Program-made: the position numbers and the translations under genes | Part shown: positions 1 to 11,700 of the stretch, piece after piece | How the letters are laid out: each line of letters starts with the position of its first letter | Position numbering within the stretch: position 1 is the first letter of the stretch | From: Orbicella franksi | Taxonomy: Eukaryota | DNA length: 64,000 nt | Assembly (NCBI GenBank): GCA_964199315.1 | Contig: OZ116708.1 | Span: 9,238,001-9,302,000, forward strand | Direction of reading: 5' to 3' | Notes under the pieces: generated by a model | The model's database searches: none | What the model saw: only the letters and a program-made list of their open reading frames with translations | What the model was told of the DNA's origin: nothing

Positions 1-1740
1 CAGTGAACTCCTAGTTGTTGAAGTAGTTATTGTAGCAATCCAAAACATTTGTAGAAGAACGTTGTGACAACTGTACTAGAGATATCACTGGAAATTAAAA
101 GTCAAGTAACCAAACAAGAGAGTGTTGGAGTGATCTGCTAGTTTCTCAAAAGATCGCTTTAACAAGCTGGTGGAGTTCCGGTTTCGGTGCCCGACGGACC
201 GGATTTTGTTTTGAAAATCCAATCAGTGGATGGCTGGACGTGGCTATGTTTTAACCGGACCACTCCGGTTATCAAATGCTCGGCTGTGGATGTTGTAGCC
301 GACATCATTGTCATATACAGACGGTGGATTAGACGCCGAGAGCAGTGTTTGCAGTCGCTGTCGAAAACGGAACTAAAAAAAAATAAACAGAACTGAGTTC
401 GAACATTCAGGGTTAAGTCCCAAGAAGTGGAAGCCGACGCGTGCATGTCTTTCTTTTACGGACTCGGAGTTACTTCCAGAACTAGAAGAAACACGGCAAA
501 CTAAGAAAAGCCAAGACAAGCCAGCAAATCAAACCGCAAGAGGGAGTCTAAGACTTATTGAGGCTGCGTACTCGTTATTCCTTTTTTGTAACTTTCTCGC
601 AACCTATGTTAATTCTAAATAATATTTTTGCACCTACGCAGTTGTGCCAATGCTCGTTGTGATGATATAATTTTGTTTGCTTCAAGTTAAAAGCTTGCCC
701 CGACATTTGATTGGGATTGATAGGAATGGTGGTTGCTGCAATTTATGCCACCTAAACCTAAGGCCTCTAAAAAGAGTATTACGCGTTCTCAAACACGTCA
801 GGCACAGCTGGTTGAAACACCCAAGGAAAGTAATACTTGTGTTTGTCCTGCATCCGGTATCATGAATGTTAAGCAAGAAGAAGAATTTAAAAATTCTTCT
901 TCTTGCTCAACATTCATGGTCAGCATTCATGGTTTTAAAAAGCCTTACCACTTTTTCTGACGCCAATAAAAGGCGACCTAAAAAAAAGAAGCGACAAGTA
1001 TTACCCGAGCTGATACTAGTTTCTGTAGCATTACGCGACTGGAGTATTCCTGATCTTCCTTGCATGGGGTGTTAGTTCATCGAAGGTTTCAGATCCCAAT
1101 TAAATTCGCCGATATCCATTTGTACGCCTGCATGGGTGGAGTTTAGCACAAATAGAGCAAAACGTGTCATGTTCAAGAACACAACACAATAGACGGAATC
1201 AGTTGATTGAATCAGTTGATTGACTTGGGAGGTTACAATTGTTCGGTTTGTAAATACTTCCAAGCAATCAGTTTTATGAGTCAAATTGCACATTTGTAAT
1301 CTCCGTAATGAATGGTCACGTGGTCTGAGTTGGGTGGATGTAAACACTTTAGCCGAATCGGTCTACGATCCCGTCCAGGGCTCAAACCTGGACTGCTTCA
1401 TTTGGAGTCCAGCGCATTAATCATCTGGTCACCGCTTCTCCCGCTAACCACCGGGAAGCGAGTTGATGTACGATCCTCCGGGGTGTGCTTTCAGTCATTC
1501 GAGTCAGATTCTGAAGTTTTTTGCGAGGTCGATCACGAAACACTTCTTTAACTTTTTGGTGAAGGTGAAGGTGAAGAGGAGAAGAGAAACCGAAATATAG
1601 ATCCGAATTACGATTACCGACAGCTCTTCAAACTCCGCGTATTATGGCTCCGATTCATTGTTTTGAAGTCAAGGCTTTTAAGCAAGGTGAAAACGAATAC
1701 AACCACGACGAGGTTGTCGCGACTTGGGGCCACCGTGTTA

Positions 1741-1998
1741 AGCCCAACCGGCTCAAACTCCGTTTTCTGTGGCATGAAGCGGCTAGGAATATTGCTACTC
1801 CCCCCAGATGGGATGCAAATCCATCGCTGGCTACCGGTCAGTATTTTGTTAGGTTATCCCAACAAGTGGCCGGTGCCCATTTATACTCCTGTCCTGTGTC
1901 TTGCTTCAGAACACAACACAATGATACCGGTTAGTGTTCGAAACTGGACCGCTCGATTCAGAGTCCGGCCAGCGCGCTAATCATTTGGTTACAGCGCC
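1741..1998 (-). mobile_element. tRNA-derived SINE with CORE-like central domain (cnidarian type)
   Basis: On the minus strand it has a tRNA-like head with B-box-like GTTTCGAACAC, then GTGTTGTGTTCT..AGACAC..ATAAATGGG.ACCGGC and ..GCGATGGA..GCATCCCATC..GGGGAGTAGCAATA..CCTAGCCGCTTCATGC. More fragments at ~1005-1141, ~1372-1442 and ~28270-28390. Confidence 0.7.
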
Positions 1999-4267
1999 TG
2001 TTCTTCCTTCACCCACGATCAGACGTTCCCGGGTTTTTGCAGGGATGAGTGAGGAACAGTAGCCTAACGGTTAACAAAGAGGGACCAGTAACCTCCAATG
2101 CATGACGGGAAGAGATAGTAGTTGTGTGAGATTGCCCAAAGGGCCTTTTGATAGTTTTCAGGAACGTTTAATTTTCCTGAGAATATAATATTCCTGTAAG
2201 CTTTTTCGGGGAAACAGATGTTCTGTCTAGGACGCTTTTTGATTTTCACACAGAGCACTGTTGTAAACAACGAACATTTGTCATATACACGTATTTCTTT
2301 TGAACATTACACAACCTGTTTTCAAAGATGTCTTTATTTGAATTAAGGTGGTCACAGGAAAAGTGCAAAATAAATGTCTTCAGGACATAGTAATGATATG
2401 AGAGAGGAACTGAAAGAGTCTGAATAATGCACTCAAAGAGACTGAGGAAAATTTCAAGAAAGTTTCCAGTTCGTTTCCTGTGCCCAGTAAACAGAAATAA
2501 AGTGATTTGTGGCCCTTCAAAAAGATATTTGTTGTTTGTTTGTTTGTTTTCGACAAATAGAAAACTACCTTGTTGTCGGTTTAAACTACATAACGGTCAG
2601 AATAACAGCTTTCAATACACGTTTAAACAAGGTTTTTCGCTTAAAATTGACAGGACGAAATTCCGTTGAGCACTCTGCCAGCCTGTTCGTCTCTTTATGA
2701 AACTACAAAATACCAAAAAAAGAACAAAATTCACGACTTTTGTCATGAATAACGCTTTGTGTCATCACGAACCACGGCATCTGAGAATAAAAGAAGACAA
2801 CAATTAGCTTAAATGGCATGGTTTAGTCCGACAACAATGGTGATTCTTTTACTTGTACCGATTTTCGTACAGTTCTTTCAGACTAACTGTCGCAAATCGA
2901 GACAGTCCGCTCGAGAAAGCGAAAAGTTCAGTCAATAAATCAGTCAATCAATCAATCAATCAATCAATCAACTTTATTCAGAGAATGTATTGTAGTGCAG
3001 TGAATGTATTTCGAATTGTATTGTATTTTTTCGCAAACAATTAATCCACCCTATATGTATTCATACATAAGGGAAAGGACAGGCATGTTATTCATTTTGC
3101 ATTTTGTTCATCGATGAAACTCAGAGAGTGCATAAAATGGTTACGTAACCTCTTAAAATCTATCTCCGTAACCTCTTAAAATCTGTCTCCGCTCCAAAGC
3201 ATCTGTGAAATAGAGGGAATAAAATGTTTCTCATAATAGCAACACCAACAATAATTAATTTCATAGTATATTCTATAAAGGGACTGACTGGTCGGGGAAA
3301 GATGAAAAATGTTTTCATGTACAACTGTGCGATATAGTCAAGCGATATAGTCAAGCCTGTAACGAATATTATGACCTATATTTTTATAACATAATTGTGG
3401 TGTACATTTTATCATCTTTAAGTTAAAAGAAAATTTAAAAAATTGTTGGGAAGGAAAAAAATGTTATAGCAAAAAGCGTTCACAAAACCGTTACTCGAGG
3501 ATGCAAATTATGACCCTGAAAACAGCGACCCGAGAAGCATTTCAGAGATGTTTTCGAGACTTTCTACTCATCAAGTTCTTTTAAATTTATTGCGTATTTC
3601 TTTTTTAAAAAAACTTCGCTTCCAGCTACCACAAAATGTTACGTAAAATGATGAAATAACGCTCATTTGCAAGTATGGTAACCTGTACTTGTATTGTATT
3701 TTTTCGAAACAGTGCTTGGTAGAAAACATTCAGAGGATGTTTCAACAAAATCGTTCGGCAATTTCTAAGTGTAGTGTGAAAGAGATAATTTCTACATTAT
3801 TTTATTAAGAACGTAATATACGTTGCAAGTTTAGCATGGCAGAATTGTACTGTAGTGTGTACATTGGGCTTTGGAAAATCCACCTCAATCGCACCACTAA
3901 CAAGTTTCTTACTTCATTTTCAACCATGGATTGCTGTTCTACAGCTGCAGTCGGTGGTGTACTTCTGGACGCACGCATCCTTTCCATTTCACTATGATTC
4001 AATAAAGAAAATGCAAAATGCAAACAACTATTGCTCCTGATTGGGGTTACAATATACTTAGGGGTGTCGGGGATTTGATCATTTCCAGACAAGGAAGAAT
4101 AGTTGCTTTCAGGAGTATTTATATTTTAATTCCGGATTTATTTTAACTAATTTAGTTATTGTAAATAGTAAAGTTATTTTAAATAGTCGTCCGTTTTTGT
4201 CATGAGCCAGGGAGAATGGACAACCACTCCCTACGTTTACGACTTCAAATAAAGTGATCTTACCTTA

Positions 4268-5072
4268 CGGTCCGGTAATACGGGCAACATTTTTCTTCAA
4301 CTTGTCTCGCAACATTGTTTCATTGCAAGTGGAAACACATTGTTGCGCGTATTACCACGTTTGTTACCAATTTGTCTCGCAGCAAAATACAGTGTTGCAA
4401 GTTGAGGCAACATGTTGCGCAAAGTAGACTTGAGTTCTACTTTCTGCAACAAATTTTAGTTTTGCTGCTCGTATTACCACTGAAGCTACAACTTGTCTCC
4501 CAACAATTTTGAATTCAACGCTTGTGATTGGCTGTCGCGAATCGCGGCAACGCGGCAAAAGCAAAACAAAGACATGGCGGGCGGTGAAGATGGGCCTTAA
4601 TTCGAAGTAGAGAAGTAACTCTCAAAGTCATCAATTTGGCCTGTACAAAGATCTCGAGGACTATCTCAGTCTTTGGGACACCTCGTTTGTCCCTTTAAAA
4701 CAAGCAGCAAAAAAGGCAAAAGGGTTGGAAGAACTGTCGCAAAAATACAACTTTTCGCCTAGCTATCTGAAACGACACTGTGCTTCATACTGAGAGAGCT
4801 TCGCTGACACGGAAAATTAAGAAAAAAATGACGGCCAGAGGTCGAAGTGAAAGTTCGTCGAAACGCTAAATTATGTGAAAGAAGGCGCCATCAGTTTATT
4901 TACACGATAGAACAGTTATACATGTAGAATTCCGCAGACTTGCAACACTGTATTTTGCTGCGAGACAAGTTGGTCACAAACGTGGTAAGACGCGCAACAG
5001 AGGGTTTCAACTTGCAATGCAACAATGTTGCGAGACAAGTTGAAGAAAAATGTTGCCCGTATTACCGGACCT
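4268..5072 (+). mobile_element. Non-autonomous PIF/Harbinger element with ~150 bp TIRs, TTA target-site duplication and decayed MADF/Myb-like coding remnant
   Basis: TIR GGTCCGGTAATACGGGCAACATTTTTCTTCAACTTGTCTCGCAACATTG at both ends. TTA at 4265-4267 and 5073-5075. Positions 4635-4830 read LY..LWDTS..KKAKGLEELSQK..LKRH/..RASLTRKIKK across a frameshift. Confidence 0.85.
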
Positions 5073-5229
5073 TTACCTTACCTTTAGGAGGGTAACCACG
5101 GTAAAGTGATAGTAACTATAGCCTCACAGAAATGTTAATTGTCAGTTAAATTTCTGCCTTTTAACCCCATCAGGTCCTTTACACAAAGTAACCGTAAATG
5201 GATTTGTGAAATAAATTGATTGCTGGCAG

Positions 5230-5276
5230 TCTGTTGTTGTTGTTGTTGTTGTTGTTGTTATTGTTGTTGTTGTTGC
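5230..5276. repeat. (GTT)n microsatellite; other (AAT/ATT)n tracts at ~7810-7836, 14241-14296, 18735-18775, 22965-23010, 50210-50276 and 50417-50476
   Basis: Read directly from the sequence. These tracts explain the poly-N/I/L runs in the ORF track. Confidence 0.95.
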
Positions 5277-5949
5277 TATTTTTTCTCTCAAAATCAGGCA
5301 GTGAGCGTGAGGACAAAACTTCCAAATTAAAAGGGACTGGGACCAAAAATGGTCGTGAGCGTCTACGGATAAACACATGTAGGCCCCTAAGAGACAAGAC
5401 CAGCTGCCAGGGGTCTAATGCTGTCCAGAATAATAGACTAGTTCAGATTTATCGATAGAATTTCCGACAAACATTTTTTTTAGAAAACACTAGAAATAAT
5501 TCATGTGATATCCAACAAAATAATCTTTTTTTTTTTTTTTTTTTTTTACTTTTTAGGGAATGTTTCCATGAGTGTGTTGTTCCTCTAGGAATGTTATCCC
5601 CGACAACAAAATAGGCGTGAAAAAAATATAAACAGACCTGCTATTTCGGATAAGCTTGTCGAGAACATCTTCATAGTATTTCATTGGTCCTCCAGGTGCC
5701 GTATGTGCAATAAGCATCTGTCATACAAGACGAGAAATACAATTATGGCTCGCCATAAAATACTTATTGCCCTCGAAGAAACCAAAACAAAGGAGGCATT
5801 TATTGTACTCCATGCGTATAAAGAGGTGATGAAATATTGGTAGTATGCGAATCGATCCCGATTTGAAGAGACCAGGCCCACCCGGTGGTCGCGGTTGATA
5901 TTTCTAGAAAGCTTGTAAGGAGATTTTGAGCTAAGGCTCTTCATATGGT

Positions 5950-8683
5950 CTACATAATTTTTGTGCGATCAAGTAATTTCGCATGGAAGTGGCAGAGACA
6001 CTAGAACGAATTTAAAACGATTTCAGTGATCCTCAAGATGGTTTTTGGGATTAAAACAACTCAAACGGTATTGTAAGTAGATAGGAAAGTATTTTTTTTG
6101 AGCTGAATTGAGAATTTTAGCTAAACGATCGTACGCGTCGCTTTGCACGTGTTTGCGTGTTAGGACATGCATATTGCTCAAACACAACTAAGTACCCTTC
6201 GGATAGCCGGTTTTACGCTTGGAATCTTTGTTATTGGGATCGCTTATTTGTATTGAGTAATCTTACGTTGCGTAGAGCTCAAAAGCTTCGTTTTGCAGCG
6301 TCTTCGTTGGGGATGTGTAACTTGACTATAGTGTGCATATATGGGAGGTTGTCATGGTGACTCTAACGCGATACTTCTGTTTACGTCTCGAAAATAATCG
6401 TGAACCAGTATTGTGGTGCACGACAGCACCACAATACTCCATTAAGAAAATACATTTATAGTATATGCTTGAAGTCGACTGGAGACGCTTACCTCCTCCA
6501 CTACAGCAGGGGGTAGACAATATTTCCTTTTCTCACTATCTACGATGACATTCTTGGCAACTCCAATCTCCTCCAACAGTGATGGCCTCCTCTTCCCAGC
6601 AAACGTATCCTTAATTGTACGGCATTTCTCCTTGGACTTCGCCAGGCTTTCTTTGTAATCCCATGTGGGTACTATCACTGCGCGAGCTGCTTGGAGCTCA
6701 TCAGCGAAAGACATTCGCCGTTCACCAGACGCTGATTCAAGAGCAGAACCACAATTTTTAATCACGCGACGCCGCTCTGAGGCCTTCTTCTCAAATTGCT
6801 TGTTCTTTGCATGACCATCAATAACTGATTTGGCTATTACCAAGCTGTCAGCGAGCGAGTGTCTTTTCTGGAAACTTTGGCGTTTAATGATTTTTCGTCT
6901 TTCCACGTTCCGAGAATCTCTGAGCCAGTCATCAAAGAGAACCTGGATTGTGGATCTTTCATAGCTCTGGGCTGCCTGTGGCACTCCTCTGTAACTGTCC
7001 TGACCATTAACAGCAAGTGTATTATTCGCGGTAGAGACCGCTGACGGTTTGACAACTGTTAAAAGCAGGGGAAGAGAACAGTTAATGCTCATCCACTGAA
7101 CCTCAAACCTGTTAAAATGAGGTTACTATCAAGAGAACCAGGGCTAGTAACATAATTTTATTACTAGAATGCTAAACCTCATGATCCTAGAACCAGAATT
7201 CTGAGTGATATTGTTACGATAAAGTGAAAAATACAAGAGCCTTGAGACTGCAAAAAGCCAAACATAAATTACCTAAGTATATAAATGCTGCTGACATTCA
7301 AATATCGCCCCTCAACTAAAACTATTTTTTGTTAGTTTCCAGAGAAACTGTCTTGTTGCGTCGTTGAGCAAGTTTTAAGTCACCATTTTCTCTCCCAGAT
7401 CCCGCTCGTCGTCCGCGTGCCTTTTTCGATCGTCCGCACTGACCAAGAGCCTGCAACAGGCCAAAATTACACAATTTGAAACTGTATTCACTAGTACCTG
7501 GAGCATTATAAGGTGTCGATGAACGTTCCTGCAGTGGCTGTGGGGAAGGGTGATAGGGTGTAGATTCAAATTCTGTGTGGTGACTTTCATCAACTCTGAT
7601 GCTTAGTTCCTCATCATCATTCCATCCAGAATCCACATTTTCCTTGTTCATTCGTCTGTACTTTTCCTTGTAATACTTCCTTATAGGCCTGCATTGAAAA
7701 CAACAGTTTGCAGCAAGTTTTCAGTGGACATTCATACAGGGGCTATCATGCGTTATCACGATCACGTGTCGTCGGGTTAAAATTTGTGTTATCACTTTCA
7801 GGGTGTCTCAATAATAATAATAATAATAATAATAATAGCTAAAAACTGGCTATCCCCTAGTGCCCCAGGACCATGGTTTGGTCTCGGCCCTACGGACTCT
7901 AAGCAAACATTACGTGAGGACGATAATAATAATAATAATAATAATAATAATATAATAAACTATATTAAAACGATGGTTGAAAAGTCACAGAATGACCCGA
8001 AATGTAGAATCTGTAAGCAGAGTAACGAGACCATTAGTCATATTGTAAGTTCGTGCTCGAAACTGGCACAAAAAGAATACAAAAGGAGACATGATAACGT
8101 GGCTAGAGCAATCCATTGGGACCTGTCAGGAAAATGTGGGTTTGAACGAAAGGAGAGATGGTATGACCATGTTCCAGACAGTGTGCTTGAAAATGAGGAT
8201 TACAAACTTCTATGGGACTTCAGTGTGCGAACAGACCATGAAATAGGGGCTAGGAGACCGGATTGGTGATCATTGACAAGAGAGACAAGAGCTGTCAGAT
8301 TATAGATGTGGCAATTCCAGAGGATAATGGGGTGAGAGAGAAGGAAGATGAAAAAGTTGAAAAGTATCAAGATCTAGCAAGAGAAGTTCGAAAAATGTGG
8401 GGTGTGAGGACAAAGGTTATTCCAGTGGTAGTGGGAGCATTGGGATCAATACCACTGAGATTGAATGACAGTCTGAGAGCCATTGAGGTGGGCATTCCTG
8501 TTGGACTGATCCAGAGATGTGCATTGTTGGGGTCGGCAAGAATTCTTAGAAAGGTGCTGGAGATGTAGAAAGAAGAGAAAAAGCAAACAAGGGGTGTTTC
8601 TTGGCTTCCCTAGGCAACTTGTTGTTGCCCGGAGCCAATGGCGAAACCAGCTTCAATATCATCAATAGCTGTGCGAATCTTTA

Positions 8684-8717
<34 letters not shown>

Positions 8718-11700
8718 TAATGACTTTACTGGATAACACAATTACTGGTAAAACCGGTAGTTCTCACTGTGGTCCTTAAAATCTACCCAACAAATACAAT
8801 TACAAATTCGAATAGGAAAATACAAAGAAAAAATACAATTGAAAATTGTATTTTCTCAATCTCAGTGAATTGACTATCGTCAGAGTTATCAGCATATACA
8901 TTGTAGAATAACACCTGACAATAATTTGCCAGGTAAAGTATATTTAGGCAATCCTCTTTCGCAACGTTTGAAATGAATTCCTAAAGCAATGAATAAAATA
9001 TTGAACAGTTAATGATTATGAGTTAGTTTGATCCGTTTTCACAAAGCGTGATTTCGGTTCTTTTAAAGGGTTTCTTTCACCATCCGTTTTTTCGTATCCC
9101 GGAGGTTTCTGTCCTTAGTGGTGTAAAACGAGATTCTCAGTTAAATTCTAATTAATAAGAGTGATGCACCTACAGGTTTAATATAATCCTACATCGTTGC
9201 AACAGTTATCTAAGATAAAACTGTTCAATAGATACACTGGCATCTTACTGTTCCATCGCTTTCTTTTGGATATTTCCAGAGCAGAACAGTACAAAATGAC
9301 GTGCTATAAAGACTGTGCTTACCATGCAAACACGCAGAAGGTAATCATCAGCAAAAGGAAAAATAATCCTCCAAAAACAGGTACAGCTATCAAGGCAATG
9401 GATATACCACCTCTGTTGTGTTCATTCGTCTCTAATCCCTCGTCTGCACCTAGAAAATCATCAAAACTTCTGCTATCTGCTAATGAAGTACCACTCCAGC
9501 GAATATCAGAAACTGGAGGCGAGAATGGTTCTGCGCTTGATTCTGTCTCAGAGTTATCAAACTCGAAATCGTTTGTGTCTCCAGATGCATATCTTTTTCG
9601 CTTGAAAGAAGATTTATCTGTTCCCCCTTCAAATGCAATTCCTTGGGTATCAGTAGATTTTGACAGCAACTTTTTCCTACTTAACTTTATCAGCAGGCGT
9701 TCTGATGCCAATTTCACGTCGGCATCAGCTTTCTTGATAGACTCTGTAAATGGTATAATGATGACAGTAACAATTACAAGCAAAGGACAGGTAAACTTGT
9801 CTTATGAATGACCGAAAAAAAAAAAAAAAGAATTCAAAGGCTGACCAATATGGATGATAAAAAGCTGAACGTGATATTACAAATGTTTAAAAATCCAACC
9901 TAAAATTTGGGTGTAAAGATTATATATAGATTGCTTCATGGACAGTGCGCACGTACGGTATTTACGCACGAGATTTCTGATACAAAAACGAGTGCGTAAA
10001 TACCGTACAAAGCACTTTCCATGCTGTAATTTGTTTATTTTATACTCACTGAGATTTTCACCCTCAACCAGATTTTCACCCTTCATTCGCAGAACAAATG
10101 TCAAGTTATGTTTTTATTCCGTCTGAGTGCCAGTACTTTGTCGCTCCTTCAAAAACCTAGTGTAAATATTTTTCGTACAGAATGTTTACCTGGTCATCAG
10201 TCAACGCTTCAGCTGCATTTGATTTGTTTCCCTTGCCTTGCTTTTTTTTTTAAGTCGTTTGCTTCGAGCTTCCACACATTTCCTTGCTTGGTAAAACTTT
10301 TTGTCGTCGATAGCACTTACGGCATATTTGCCTTCTTTAAAACTTTTCTTGCCTTTTCCTTCTGTTTGAGGAATTCGCTAAGCAAGCTAACCTTAACGTC
10401 TCGTTCTGCTGTTCCTAGATGTACTTTTTAATGGGTTTATTGCATGAGCTTTTCATGCGATCGATTCTATGCGAAAATCTCAGTAAGTATGAAATAAAAT
10501 CCCATTTGATCTTCCCATGTTTGTGAATTACATTGCTCAACCTTTAATATTTCGCCTATTTATTCCCTGCATTCTCCAGCTTCTTGTCACATGGGAAGTC
10601 TTAGAATTCCTCCTGTTTCAAGTCTTAGAATTCCCCCTGTTTCAACTATTTATCGGTTTCTGATTCTGGGTTCATGTTTTCAGGTGCACTAGATTTCCCC
10701 TCGGTATCAGATTATGATACTTCACCTGTTTCGAATTCAGGGCCCTTACCTTTAGGTTCACCAAAGTCCCAATCAGAGTCTGATCCTGACAGTTCGTCTG
10801 TATCTGATTCTGGGTCCATACCTTCAGGTGAGTGGGAGTCCCAATCAGTGTCAGTTCCTGACTGCTTCTCTGTCTGTACTTTCCGTTCGATATCATATTT
10901 CTCTGATTCAAGGTCCCTATCTTCAGGTGCTTCAGAGTTCTCGTCAGTGTCAGATCCTGACAGTTTGTCTGTCTCTGACTCAGGGCCCATATCTTCGGGA
11001 GCACCAGAGTCAGCTCCCGATCCTGACAGTTCGTCAGTTTCTGATTCAGGGTCCATATCTTCAGGTGCACCAGAGTTCCAGTCGGTGTCCGATACTGACA
11101 GTTGGTCATTCTCTCTTTCAGGGTCCATATCTCCAGGTGCCCCAGAGTCCCAGTCGGCGTCCGATGCTGACAGCTCGTTTGTCTCTGATTCAGGGTCCAT
11201 ATCTTCAGGCTCAGAATTCCACTAGAATAGAAGATTTTTGAATTGTTAAACTGTTAAAGGTAAGTAAAGCCTCAGTCAGTTTCCGCCTTTAAAACCACAC
11301 TATGTGTTGCTGATTAGGTGAAAAAAAAGTATTTCATGCTGAGTTTCACCAGTGCCCAGTCCTCTTGCACGCGACAGCTGCAACCGCAGTTGAGCGGCAG
11401 TCAGAGCATATTGTCCAACCGAAACAACACGATAAAAATCTATTTCTTTGTAGATAAGAAAAAAACAAAGAGAATACTAAAGTTTTGTTGCGCAATTTTG
11501 AACTTAACTCGAGAATTCTGGGTTTATTTTATTAAAGGAGCAAGATGTTTTGTTCCCTATAACCCAGCATTTTTATACCTGACTATACTGGACAATCGAG
11601 TTGGCGGGTGTGGCCTATCCAGTTTTGGCATTATTTTGAAGCTTGTAGCAACAAAATGTCTTTTGAATATATTTCATTTATTACACGTCGTGGTTTTTGC

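Noticed and set aside
244-372. Possible minus-strand terminal exon with Tyr motifs (FRFRQRLQ...VYDNDVGYNIHS...KT*) after a strong acceptor
   Set aside because: I could not assemble a convincing upstream exon chain, and the reading frame is ambiguous.
9197-9811. 204-aa plus-strand ORF, and similarly 10674..11225(+), 31707..32342(+) and 34046..34609(+)
   Set aside because: These are antisense shadows of low-complexity minus-strand exons of genes A and B. The splice signals and signal/TM logic support the minus strand.
11350-11439. Possible 90-nt phase 1-1 cassette exon of gene A (DFYRVVSVGQYALTAAQLRLQLSRARGLGTG)
   Set aside because: It is open and phase-compatible with 12051->9743, but the donor is weak and nothing else supports it. 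I left it out of the model.
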